Under the pieces are notes generated by a model that saw only the letters and a program-made list of their open reading frames with translations, was not told the origin of the DNA and did not search any database. A program made the translations under genes and the position numbers. From Peribolospora baueri (lineage: Eukaryota), in assembly GCA_029717555.1 (NCBI GenBank), contig JAMDHS010000037.1, positions 1-64,000 on the forward strand: a DNA stretch of 64,000 bases, given 5' to 3'. Below are positions 1 to 12,506 of the stretch, in pieces. The first letter of the stretch is position 1. Each line of letters begins with the position of its first letter.

Positions 1-122
1 GTACCGCTACACTTTCGCATGCAGAGGCTGCAACGGTAGAGAATGGTACATCTGCACCATAGATAGAGTAACTCTCCCGCTCTCCGACGTTAACTCCATC
101 AGCTGGTTCTCATCAGCGACCA

Positions 123-162
123 GAGCTTTCGGGACTGCCGTCGAGCTTTCGGGACTGCCGTC
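123..162. repeat. 20-bp tandem duplication GAGCTTTCGGGACTGCCGTC x2
   Basis: Two exact adjacent copies (123-142, 143-162). A second direct repeat, GAACGCCGCCTCCGATC, lies at 204-220 and 233-249. Confidence 0.9.
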
Positions 163-553
163 TGATCGATCGGACTGCGGCGGGGAACAAGTAAGTGTGT
201 CACGAACGCCGCCTCCGATCTGGGACTGTCATGAACGCCGCCTCCGATCCAAGATGACACGACTGCCTTGAATATGCCCGACAGGGCCTCCACCTCTCCT
301 TTCCCGAAGCGAAGAATACTTTTGTCATCGCTCAGGTTTCCTCCAGAATGCCCCGTCCAGCATCAGCACCTCTGTCCCAGCCTCCGTCCCATCCTCGTTC
401 CTGTCCTCGTCCCTGTCCCCGACTTGCTTGCTCCTTGCTTTGCGTCGACTTCCGGTGGACCTCCATTCCGTCCTCCGTCCCTCGCTCGTGACCCGACCTG
501 AGTAGGGAAGTCCTCCCTGACAGAGAGTTGCTGGCGGCGTACTCGGGACCGTA

Positions 554-571
554 CCCTAACCCTAACCCTAA
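554..571 (+). repeat. Interstitial telomeric repeat (CCCTAA)3
   Basis: Three perfect CCCTAA units, the complement of the TTAGGG telomere unit common in fungi. Confidence 0.8.
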
Positions 572-852
572 GTCCCGCGCTTTTGGAAATCGGGCCGGGC
601 AGGCCAGGTCGGAATCCGTGGGGAGCTCGGACATTTCGGAGCAGAGTTGTCCCGAAAAGGAAAAGGGAAACTGGCGGCCCGAACAGCCCTGGGGGGCCTG
701 GCTCCCCAGCTCCCCGTAGGCGTTGTTCCTGCGACTCGCTGCTCACAGATTGCGGCTTCGGTCTGGCAAACGGACTCCCAAGCGCTTGCCTTTTTATGTG
801 ATGGGCTCTCGCCATTATGTGACGCTCTGTTCCGTCCGGACACCGTCTCATC

Positions 853-2265
853 ATGCCATCGCCTCCTATCAACGTCGCCGTGCTCGGCTACGGCTTCTCC
901 GCCCTGACGTTCCAGCTGCCATTTATCACCTCTGTATCCGCATTCAAGGTGCACACCATCCTCCAACGTTCCGGAGACTCGTGTCTGCGAGACTTTCCTG
1001 GTGTCAAGAGAGCCACGACTCTCGACGAGATTCTTGAGGATGACGAGGTTGACCTAGTCGTGGTGAGCACCAGAAACGATACGCACGCTGACTATACTCG
1101 TAGATCGCTGGAGGCGGGAAAGCACGGTGAGTGTGTTTTATGCAGTCGGTTTGAGGAACATACCGGCCTGACCTTTGCTGTTGTGGTCCTGTCTCCTCCA
1201 GTCGTCGTCGAGAAGCCCTTCACCAATAAGGCTTCCGAGGCGCTGGAGCTCTGCGAGCTGGCAAAACGGAAAGGGCTTGTTCTCTCCGTATACCATAGTG
1301 AGTCTCTTGGCAGAGATAGAGCCAGAAAGAATTGCGCTGAAAAAAATTCTCGGCACGCGTTGTTCGACAGATCGCCGCTGGGATTCCGACTTTCTGACGG
1401 TCGCCAAGCTCGTCAGAGAAGGGACGATCGGCAAGCCGGTGTTCGTGGACAGTCACTTCGACCGATACGATCCACATCCATCGAATGGCTGGCGTGAAAA
1501 GGACGCCCCAGGCTCAGGCGTTCTTTATGATCTTGGTAGCCATCTGATCGACCAGAGTGAGCGCGCATCAGCACATCGCTTCTAGATGAGATTCACTTTG
1601 GAGTTTTGCTGACAATATCACCAGTGTCTCCTTTCATTGATAGTCATGGCTCTTTTTGGCCGTCCTGCCACTATTACCGCCCACCTCTTCACTGAGCGCG
1701 CTGGGGCTGACGTCCGAGTGGACGACGCTTTCTACGTCTGGCTCGGCTATCCGAAAGAAGGTGTGCAGGTGCTTTGCACGGCTACCTGCCTGAGTGCTTT
1801 CAAACTGCAAAAGCGCTGGCTTATTCGAGGCGCCCAAGGCAGTTATGTCAAGGTGAGGACGATGCTCGATTCTTTCTCCGCTGGCTGATTCGTTTTGTCG
1901 CTCATGCTGGACGACGTCCACATGGGGTTGTTCAGTATGGCAACGACCCACAGGAGGCCAGCCTCATGTCCACTCCGCCGCAATCTCCTGCCTCTCATCA
2001 GGACACGTTTGGTGTCGCCGACCCTTCGAGCTACGGAACCATCACGATGGCGTCGTCCTCGGGTGAGCTGGTCGAGAAATCCTACCCGACGGAACGCGGT
2101 CAATGGGTGGAATTCTACCGCAACGTGGCAGCCGCCATTCAGAAAAACGATCCAACCCTCGTTGCCGTCAAGCCGGAGTCTGCAGCAGAGACCATTGAAA
2201 TTCTGGATCTCGCCAGGAAGAGCGCGGCCGAAGGTGTGACCATTGATGTACCTTCCAAGGCGTAG
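853..2265 (+). CDS. Gfo/Idh/MocA family NAD(P)-dependent oxidoreductase (YdgJ/IolW-like), multi-exon
   Basis: N-terminal Rossmann VAVLGYGFSA, GKHVVVEKP, RRWDSDFLTV and GSGVLYDLGSHLIDQ, joined across GT-AG introns (first intron 1127-1201). Confidence 0.9.
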
Positions 2266-3292
2266 AGCTCTTGCCTTTTTGGGCGTACATAGGCTTTCAG
2301 ATATGTGTTCATGAAAGGTCGGTCTCACGCTACAGAGGCGCAGTTGCTGCAGTGCGCATGCGTCATTGAGTCAACGACGAAGAGAGCATAAGACATCACG
2401 AGCCTATTCGGGCTCAGGCCCGACAGCTCGGCGAAACGGTGCTAAATAACTGGTATGCAACTGGACACTGTTTAACAAGAGCGGTGAAAGAGGAGCAATA
2501 AAGGGACGAGCAGCCGGCGAGCAAGATACGTTGTGGGACGACTTGATTTTGCACGTATATCGCGAATTCCACATTCGTCGCATTCTTATGTTCCGTGAGC
2601 GAAGAGTATGACCTCGCCCATTCAGCCAAGTTTGGAAAATAAACGGAGCAGAGAACAACAACGCCAGCGCTCTCGAGCTGGAAAACAGCGACATTACGAT
2701 ATCTGCCGGGGTGAGATGCCGGGGAACGAAGTGTTACCTTGCTCGGTCTGCCTGCTATCTGCGTACGGAAGGCGGCATCCGCGCGAGCGCAGTTCGCCAA
2801 CCGTGATTCAGGCGGGACCGCTGCTGAGGTGGAGCGCTTGGACCGCAGGACCAGTACACAGCAAAGCGCGGACATCGTTCCATTACATTTCAAGCACCTC
2901 CGGCGTGACTGTTGATCGCGGTCCGTGTCATGCCCGCCAAATATGAAGGCTCGGAGTTTGCTCTTCACTTCGAGTAATCCTCTTACGCTTCCTCCGACTT
3001 ACTTTCGGCTGAACATCGCCTTGCCATATTTGGTAAACCTCGCTTCCTGCCGTCGACTCCGAAGACCCCGGACACCGACGCGACGCCCACTCACGGAGAA
3101 CGTAGATACGTAGATGCCTGGGACATCCCCGCGCGGGGCGTGATCGTACCGCTGGAGTGCAGCACCAAGAAGACAATCGATGAGTGAGCTTTTCCATTTC
3201 AGTCCGAGTCGCAGCCACCAACTCTCCCACCACTTGCTGAATCGCCAGGACAGCCCCTCCCTCGCCCACAGAAAGGTTCTCAAGTCGCAATC

Positions 3293-4319
3293 ATGCCCAA
3301 GCGCCTCTACATTACGTGAGTCCCTAGTCCTGTCGAGCCTGATTGTTCCCTGAAAATGGCTATCTGACCCGGCCGCTTCAAAACGCTCCTTCTGTCGGCA
3401 GTCGCCACGCTCAGGCGGAGCACAACGTCGCTGACGACTACTCGAGTGAGTGAATCGCCCGCCCGAGTTTGTTGGACTGGCCGGCGGATAGAAAGGCCGA
3501 AAAGCAGCTATAGCCTGTACTGAGGTTCCCGACAACCTGCCACCGACGTTATTTTTTCTCTTCGCAGTCCCCGACGCCCCTCTGACCAAGCTCGGACGCG
3601 AGCAAGCGGCTGAGCTACCCACTAAGACAGCTGCCATTCAGGGCGCCGGCGGTGCTCAGCTTCTCGTCACCTCCCCGCTCAAGCGCACCCTGCAGACGAC
3701 GCTGATAGGCTACCCGGACCTGATCAAGCGCCTGCGGGCAGAAGGAAAATTCCCCACCCCCATCGCCCTCCCCCAGCTGCAGGAGGCCAACGCCCACCCG
3801 TGCGATACGGGCTCGGACGCCGCGGTGCTCGAGGCGGACCCTGAATTCAAAGGCGTGGATTTCTCGCTCCTCAAGGAGAACCCCGACTGGACGAGCAAGA
3901 AAGGCTTCTGGGGATCGGACCTCGAGACGCTCCATGCGAGGGCGAAGTGGCTTAGGAGGTGGTTCCGCGATAGGCCCGAGGAGGACATTGTTATCGTTGC
4001 GCACGGTGAGATTCTCAGGTACATGGCGGGCTGGCACCTCGAGGTGAGTTGTAGGTGGTTGTGTGGTTGTGAAGTGGACCTCGAGCTTCGCTGGCCACTT
4101 TTGCCTCGTTTTTACCCTTCTTCGGTAGTTGACGCTCGTTTTTCTGCACATATATCCACCTCTTTGGACCTCCGCCAGCCTTGGAACAACGCAGAGGTGC
4201 GCCTGTTCACCTTCGTGTCGATGGAGGATGAGGAAGCGCTGCTCGAGCCGCTCGAGAAGGTCGCTGTTCTCGGCGGGCCCGAGCCGACGTCGTCCGAGAT
4301 CGGCCACTTCAAGAACTAG
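3293..4319 (+). CDS. Histidine phosphatase (phosphoglycerate mutase-like) family protein, multi-exon
   Basis: Spliced MPKRLYIT-RHAQAEHN (RHx motif), DAPLTKLG, VTSPLKRTLQT, LQEANAHPCDTGS, IVIVAHG, PWNNAEVR. Confidence 0.88.
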
Positions 4320-5138
4320 GCCATTTGATTTGATTTGATTTATGCCACGAGCGTCTCTGTCGCTTCCAAGAAACCGCCAAACCGTCCATTTCATATTCTA
4401 TTTCTCCGAGTCCGTCCTTCAGCATGAATGCCCGCATGGATAGTAGCTAGGCATCGACGGTATGGCAGGTTCAGACAAGCATGTAGATGGCATTAATTTA
4501 GTGGCATAATACAGTCATCGCAGCACCCTGATCTATCCAAGGAACGTCACATAACGCTTGGTCGCGAGTGTTTCGTATCTGTGTCTCGCCGTGGTCGCAT
4601 GGCCTGTTCCCATCAGTCGACGTTAAGATGAGCGAAGAGGCTGATATCGGTGCTGCTTGCACTGACCTAAGACGAGGGAAGAGGGATAGGACGGCTTTCA
4701 ACGAGCGGCTAGAAAGGCGCAAGTGGTTTGCACCGTACCAGAAGCAACAAGAGCTCGCGTAGAAAATGCACCTGTCCTTGGCAAGCCTGAAGGTCTGATT
4801 GCCTTCATAGTCCAAAATCCTCCGTCAAATTGATGTGCAACATGAGAGCAGCGCCGGATTTCCGACCGAGTGGCTGCGGCGGGGAGTCGGACGTGCCGAT
4901 AGCATCGAGCCTTTAATGGCAAGTGTCTTCTCCGCCCTGCGAACGCTACTGTAGGCCGATCGGCCGAACGGCGTCCAAGCGGATCATCTTAGGACGGGGC
5001 TTAGGAGCGCGCACCGACTTGAAGAAGCCGCAAAGACATTCACAGCTCGCCTCGCCCACGCCTCCTCCCACTGTGACACGAAACTTTCTTCCCTCCTCAG
5101 AATCAGCACTTGGCTGCGCTGTCCACACGTTCTTTGAA

Positions 5139-6959
5139 ATGCCTTCCAACGAGTCACGTAACAGCGCCTCTGGCAGTGCGCCTATTCGAGTGGGCCTTGT
5201 TGGAGCGTGAGTGGTCTTGACGTCGGAGGCGGTTTGAGCTGTCTAGAGGGCGGGAGAAGTTCTTCCACGCCGACTACTGACACCGAAACTCTGGACCATT
5301 GCTACCATCATCTTATCTTCGTATTTCCACCGTGCCTTTAGCGGCGAGGTGACACAAGTCATCCACCTGCCCACGCTGCTGCTCCTGCCTCACAATTATC
5401 AGGTCACGGCTATCTGTGACGTAAGCCAGGAGGCGATTGAGCATGTCCAGAAGAAGTTCAAGGTTCCCAAAGCTTTTCTTCAGAGGTGTGTTGTGTGCTT
5501 CCCTTTCCCTTTTCGAGACCTTCGGCTCCTCCCAAACGATATATTGATTCGATCGTCCCTCGGCCCATGCCGTGGTTGCACTTAAGCTCGGAGCTGGTTA
5601 AACAGGATGATGTGGATCTGGTCATGGTTGTTAACTCGGATGAGTATCATGCCAGCTGTGCAATTGAGGCTGCCGACGCCGGGAAGCATGTTTTCATCGA
5701 GAAGCCCATGGCCATGACACGCAAAGATGCCGAGGACATTGAGGCGGCGCGCCTTCGGAACAACGTACATATCTTTATCGGCTACATGCGTCGCTACGCA
5801 CCCGCGTTTGCGGTGTTCCGCAAGCTGGTCGAGGACTCCGGCCCCATCAGGCACTGCATCGTCAAAGACATCATCGGTCCCAAGTAAGTCAGTCGTGTTA
5901 CTTCTACCTGTGACGCGAGGAGGACATGCCTAATCTTGGCCTTCTTTCAATGGCGGACAGTTCCCACTTTGTCGGCCAGAGCGGCACATATCCGGAGAAG
6001 TTCTTCCGCGACATTCCCACTCACCTGGTCGAGGAGAGGGCCGCTCTGGCGCAGGCCATTGTCAAGACCGCTCTCGGGCCGAAGAAAGGAGCCTCCAAGA
6101 GGCTCAACGATGTCTATCGTCTGCTCGGCTCGCTCGGTTCGCACGACCTGAGCCTTATGCGGGAGACCCTTGGCGGTGTGCCTTCGCGTTGCCTCAGCGC
6201 CTTCGCCACCGACGACGGGCTCTTCATCACCGCTCAGCTTGAGTACGAGAACGGCCCAGCCCAGCAGAAGACCCACCCGACTGAGGAAGGTGCTCCGTCA
6301 AGCAGTACGTTCGTAGCCACCTACACGACTGGCATTCATAACGTGAGTGGCCCGAGAGGGAAAGGAACTAGGCTGATTTTCACTGACGTGTTCCATATTG
6401 CACACTTGTCTACGCGGCACCGCCAAAGGTTGGCGTGTTTGACGCATCCATCGAGGTCTTTTGCAGTGACCGCGTCCTTCGAATTGATGTGAGCCGAATC
6501 TCGCTGTTGGGCTTGAATGTTGTCGTGCCTGCTGATCTGAACGTCACTGGCTACTAACTTTTGCCTCACTAACTGCACCACTTCCCCTGGAATGTTTCCT
6601 CGCAGTACGACACTCCCTACGGTTAGTCGCTTGCTCGGCCCGCCTTATGCTGTCCGCTGGCTTGACCTTGCCGAGCGCACCTAGCACCTTGGCTTCTCAC
6701 ACATACCCTTTTATTTTCTTCACACCATTGTCTCCTCTCAGTCAAAGGCCTCCCCATCACCATCTCGGTGAAGGAGAACGACCTATCCAATCCAGGCTCG
6801 TTCAGCGAGAAGATTATCCGGCCGACCTACAAGGATGCTTATACGCAGCAGTTTGAGGACATATTTGCGGCCATCCGCGAGGGGCACGGTCTCAAGACAA
6901 CGCCAAAGGACGCTATGCAGGACCTCACCATTTTCGAGATGATCATGCAAAAGATCTAG
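5139..6959 (+). CDS. Gfo/Idh/MocA family oxidoreductase (inositol-2-dehydrogenase-like), multi-exon
   Basis: IRVGLVGA-GEVTQVIHLP, GKHVFIEKPMA, IGYMRRYAPAF, LGSLGSHDLS, YDTPYVKGLP. Confidence 0.88.
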
Positions 6960-7614
6960 GGGCCCCTGGTAGACTCCGTTGATTATCGAGACTTGTCCGT
7001 ATGTAGAAATAGACGCGGTGCGTGCCTGTCGGTGGATGGAGGATATCTTACATACTGATCCCATCATATGCTTCGGGCGCCGTGCCGAGGACGTCGCGGC
7101 ATTCAGAGAACTTTTCCCCGGTGGAGGTTGAAGGCGCGGTCGGCTGGAGACAGAAGAAAATGGAGACGGGACGTATGTTCATCGTTCAGATCGCGCGCTC
7201 TCACATTACAGCGGGACGGCGACCTGCGCTCTCGGTCGTTCCACGGATGATGTGCTCCGCACGCCGTCGGTGAAAAGGATATGAAGCTCGGAAACAGATG
7301 GACTTTTCGTGCTGAAAATCGCTAGGGTTGCAGCCGGTTGATCGACTGGCATATTCGTTTGAAGAGCTCTACGAAGATGCATGTTTGCCGTCCCACCCGC
7401 CTCGAGAGCGGTCACCGGCTGCGTTGCCCCTTTCCAGGTTCGCTATTACAGGTCCACTGGACCGGCGTGCGGACTATTTTACACCTTTAATGACATTACC
7501 GACAGGAAAGTTGCCAAGAGAAAAACGAATATAAATCATCGCTAAGAGTCCTCCTCAAAGAAGGATATTTGGATATCAACGGTGTGACTCGGACGCATAC
7601 GAAGTTGCTCTCCG

Positions 7615-10600
7615 CTACGGATCCTGGAAGATATCTCCAAATCGGCTGACATCGATACCGATTTCTTTCCAAAACGCGTCCTCCAGTTCAAGCTCAGGAA
7701 CGAGAGACGAATAGTCAAGCAGACTCGGGAACATGGGTTCGCCAATGTCTCCGCCACCGAGGCCAACAGCCCCATGACTGCCCGATGCATTCCGTCCTAC
7801 ACCTAAGCTCAACAGATAAGCGAGGCTGTCGGTATCGTCGATGGCGCTCACATGCTTTTGCGCTGCGAGTGGCTGCGTGGCGCGCAAGAAACCATCCTAT
7901 GATCGATGACCACCGGCAATAGCAGATCAGTAAAGACTCTGCTGATGACAGCACTTGAAAGGTACTCAAGCGGTTGCTCACCTTCATCGTTACTCCCAGG
8001 CGGTACTGCAAGACAAAGTTGTTGCAAAATTACGCGTGAGAGCAAGAGGTGGCAAAGGTGATTGTGAGCCAAGCTTTACAACAGGCATAAGGTGATTCTA
8101 CCTCTGACCTTAGCAGCAGCGGCCCACCACGTCCTGCCGAGGCTCTTTAGGAGCATGACAATACGATCATAACGAGAGAAAGCCTCTTCGGCCAAGCCCT
8201 TGGACTTTGAGTTAAACTCTTGGTAGCTGTCAAAGCAACGAGGCAAGACGTACGCAAAAAGAGGAAAAGTGCGATCGAACACCCATCAGTTGTCCAGTCA
8301 AGTTGCTACGTACAGCGAGGTAGCCAGCTACGATGTCTCGAACTGCGCATGGCTTCCACGTTGCCCAAAGGCGTAACGCAGAACTTTGCTTGCAGTGATG
8401 ATCGGTGAGAAACCACGTCAACAACACTGAAGCCGTTGCATGTGCTCACCTGATCAAAAGCGCGCTAACAGCGGCGAAAACGGTGAAAGGCCAAGAGAAT
8501 CCCAGCCCATGCTGTCTTTCTAACGCTTCGAGCGTGTCCGTGATGGTGGCGGCTGTTCGGCGAGCAATTGCCTGGCTATCCTCTCCGAGTGGACTGGCTC
8601 CCCTCGTCTGTGCGGCTGATGAAGAAGTTGGAGGAGCAAGGTTGACAAATGAACCAAATGTCGCGCCGCTGGCCTGAGACGGGCCGTGCTCTGCAAGGTT
8701 AATACCATTCAATGCATCAGAGGGGTTAGAATGTCTTCGTTGGACCTGCTCCTGCTGCTCTTGCTGTTGAACACGTAACGGATCTTGACATGATCGGGAC
8801 TGCTCGTGGATATCTGCAGAAGCAAAGACAGGGTTGGCAAGCGGTCCCCGCCGTGGAGCTGGGAGGTAGGGACGGTGTAACAGGAGGACGACAGCTTGGT
8901 AATGGAGATAAAGGATTACTGTCGAACGGCCGAACCGAGGCGCCCTTGAAAGACGTCAGCTCTTCCGCAAAGTCTCCGAAGCACGTAGGCAAGATGTAGG
9001 CACAGTTCGAATGTTAGCGGATATTGGCTGGGAAACGTACCGGTCCACATCTCCGCAGGATCGAGCTCGCCCCTCTGTTCCTGCAAATCAATAGGCCAGC
9101 GGAGTGGCCATTCGAGTTGTGAAGGCCATTGTTCGAGCGAAACTTCGATTCGACCCCTCATGTGTGATCTCTGCTGGGGTTCAGCGAGGGGACGTAAAGG
9201 GAAGTCGTTCTCCGGAGGAGGTGGGTAATAGTGACTTCGAACCGTGGTGTCGAGTATGCAGCCCAGCCGAAAATTGGCAGTGCAGACCGCATACACCAAT
9301 GGCGATTCGCCCTCGAAGTCCGATCGCTCTAAAGGCCGCAGTAGTGAAGCGTCATGTCCTTTGCTGTCTCGAACGAAGGCGATGAAGAGACGACGTCAGA
9401 GGAAAGTTCGGACAGCAAGATACAAAGGAACATTTGCTGTGTGTGCACATACATCAGAGCACTCGTCCCTTCAGTCACCGCAGTGAACCGATCGATGGTA
9501 ACAGCACAACACCAAATACGCCGCAGGAGGTTGACGCTTCGGGTGTTGACCGGCGCCTCGTCCGAGCGCGAACTTTCCACCGAGACAGACGGCGTCGTGA
9601 CAGACTGCGAATCGGATGGCGGAGGGCGATGCGCGCCTAACCCCTGCGCAAGACGAATAGCCGTGCTGAGGTGGCCGAGTGAGGTGTTCGAACCGTCCAG
9701 TCCCTCCCAGTGAAGGCCTGATGACCGAGGCCGAGCAGGGAGCACATTTCAAACCCGTCAGCGGTGGATCGTGCCACTAAGAAATGTCTCATGAACGGGC
9801 CTGCTCACTCATCAGCAAACCTGCCTGCACCAAAGCCAGCTTTTCGAATCCGAGTTCCGTGGCGTTGAAGAGAGCCCTGGCCTTCTTGTAATACTTGTCG
9901 GCGCTATTCCTAGACCCGCCGCTGGTGCCAACAATCTCTGGATGGTTAGAATAGCGGGCGCCCATGAGCAAGACAGCGTGAAGGAGAATCAAAGAGGGCA
10001 GCTTCGACCGATCCGGGTCTTGAAGGTCGCGCAAGAAACCTGGACCGTCTATGACGGGGTAAATAGGATGCACTCGGCACATGAAGCTATCGACGAGTGA
10101 CCAAAGCAGCGCGTCATGCGGCAAAGTGAAACATCCCTGCTTGCTGAGATATCGGAGCAAGTCGGGGTCATGCCCCGCCCGCAGGAACGCTCCGTGCCAA
10201 TCGAGAGCGCAGAGCTGTTGCGTCGGATAATCGGGTCGGGGTCGTGGAGAGGGACCAGGAGGCTTCACAATGGCCCGGTAGCCTGCCGTCCGGTTGATGA
10301 TGAGAGCTTTTTCCGACTCTTGCAGTAAAATGCTCAGCGGGTTAGTGCTGCCTATGTAATGGAACGAGGACGCCGTGGAGTGTAGGGCTGTGGAAGCTGA
10401 AGCTCGGCATGAGCGTTGGCGGAAGGAAGAACGATGTTTATTACCGGAAATGGTCAACTTACAAAGCTTCCCAGGATCCGGTTGGGAAAACATATCAGAA
10501 AGGTCCGTTTCGCCATCTGCCTGGCCGCGCTGGTGGGCGGGGTTCGACAGGGGTGGTGGGCGCTCCTGAAATTTATGGTCGCGAGGACTGTCATGACGAG

Positions 10601-11725
10601 GTGGATAATGCGTCTGCGCCGGAATTATCTTGCTAGATTCATCCTGATGCCACAATGGGCCATCGTCGGGCGCGGATGATAGCCCATCTGCATTCCTGTA
10701 ATATGCAGTGCCAGCCGGCGAAATAACTGAAGTGCCGAAGCGATCAACGGCCTGCGCATATTGCGGCTGTGGGGGAACAAGAGGAGGAGACCTGAAGGCA
10801 GCGTTGGCCAATGCGAAAAGACCGTCGTGGGCTGCTGTGTCATCTGCCACGGCTTGGCGAGGTGGAGAAGCCTGTGTCTGAGGCAAGCGCGTGACATTGC
10901 CGCCCTCAGCCGTTGGCATAGCTGGAGACGACAAATCTGTGCGATCCCCCTGAAGACTCTCTCTTGGCGAGGTCCGGGGCATTACGATGTACGGCCTACA
11001 TGAAGGAGCCGATAACACGAGACGCACAGACAGAACGGTACTACGTTTGAGAGGCGATGTCACGACGGTGAAAATCAACACCGAGTGCTGTCACGCACCG
11101 GCAAGGCGTGCCACTTTCGGCGCACTTGAGGCACTTGTTGACGTCGGAGGGCGTCCATCGACCTGAGTTTGTCGAGCGGTCCTCGTCTGCCTCGTTCCCT
11201 GATTGTCTGCCAGCGAACTGACATTTGAGCTTTACGAACAAATCAAGAAGTGAGATTCCTTTCGTAGTTTCTCATGCGATTGTGACGGCGGTATAGTCGT
11301 GGCGACGATAGATGGCATCGTAGGGTCGCTCCGGAGGCATACCTGCTCACCTTCTTCACCCTACAACGCTCACAAGCGGTTATCTTCCGTCTGGATCTCT
11401 CTCGGTCCTTGTCGGGGTCTGAGTTTGCCGACCTCCGGGAGCGCTGACGCCTCTGATCCGAGGCAAAAGTGATGAACATAAGGGAGAGCAGACGATCGTT
11501 GTCGGGCAGGACCACAGTGTACCTCGGGAACGCCTTTGACGCGCGATGCGGGGTTAAGAGATTGTTTGCTGTATGCGGAAGAACAATCCGGACGGGCCGG
11601 ACGAGCGACGGGCTCGGCCGATCATTGCTCTTTTTGCTACCTAGGGTTAGAACCGGGACAGTACCTTCTGAGCCTGCGCGCGAGTGGCTTTTAGCAGAGT
11701 TGAGCGATCTTGCTGATGAAACCAT
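7615..11725 (-). CDS. Zn(II)2Cys6 fungal-specific transcription factor, multi-exon (start uncertain)
   Basis: Spliced CERCRVKKLKC-RWTPSDVNK-CLKCAESGTPC cluster; middle homology region (FMCRVHPIYPVID, LVQAGLLMS, AIRLAQGLGAHR, LLRRIWCCAVTIDR); acidic C-terminus ending FGDIFQDP*. Confidence 0.85.
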
Positions 11726-12506
11726 CCCCTGATACAGGTAGGATGTTCAGCTATGAGCCTGTCTGTCAACTATCCTCGCGGTCACGAGCTCACATCAATG
11801 TGGTGATTTTCGCCCTATTGTACATGCCGTGCAATCCAGATCTCTGCGTACTCAGATGATTCCATCTGACATTGCCATATGTCGTGGAGGCAACACGACG
11901 ATAGTACCGCATCCGTGTCCACACAAGCTCTCGATGTCGAGCGATCCTCCTCCACCGAAGTAGGTCGCGTGTATGTACATGAGCCATGGGCAGGCTGTAT
12001 TCATGATTTCGAGAGCGTTCGGAGACAGGCAGATCGGAAAGAACGAGATTGACGGATGAGGACACGCGTGGGCGGCATGCGTTGCCAGATGAATCTGGAT
12101 CAGATAGATGGTCGCGGAACTCTCGCATCTCGATTTGCTACGGAAAGAATTGGCTTGAGATGAAATGAACTAAGTCCTAAGCTCCCCCTTTAAGATCGAC
12201 AAGGCATCGCATAGCTTTTATGAGCGGCATTTCTGCCGCTCGCGATACCTCGGGTTGCTCGGCCTGGCAGCTGCCGGCGTACTTTTCAGAAAAACCCCTC
12301 AGATGTCTAGCCCAACGCCACGTGGTGTACCCTTGGGCACCTTCATGACGTAGCCCACCCATTATGCCCGCGAGATGTGGGACGACATCGGTGCGAAATT
12401 GGTCAAGACACGTTGGGTGGGCTAGTTTCTCTGCCACACGCGTGAAGGGCTGTTTGGGAATCTCTGGTTGAATACAATGACAAAAAAGTACGACACAGCA
12501 GCTCGT

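Noticed and set aside
7943..7960. CTGATGA...GAAA hammerhead-like core
   Set aside because: No pairing stems II or III, and it lies within the TF gene.
11163..11222. Apparently abnormal 29-residue loop between Cys3 and Cys4 of the first Zn2Cys6 domain
   Set aside because: A 60-nt in-frame GTCAGT...CTCAG intron on the minus strand restores a canonical C-x9-C spacing.
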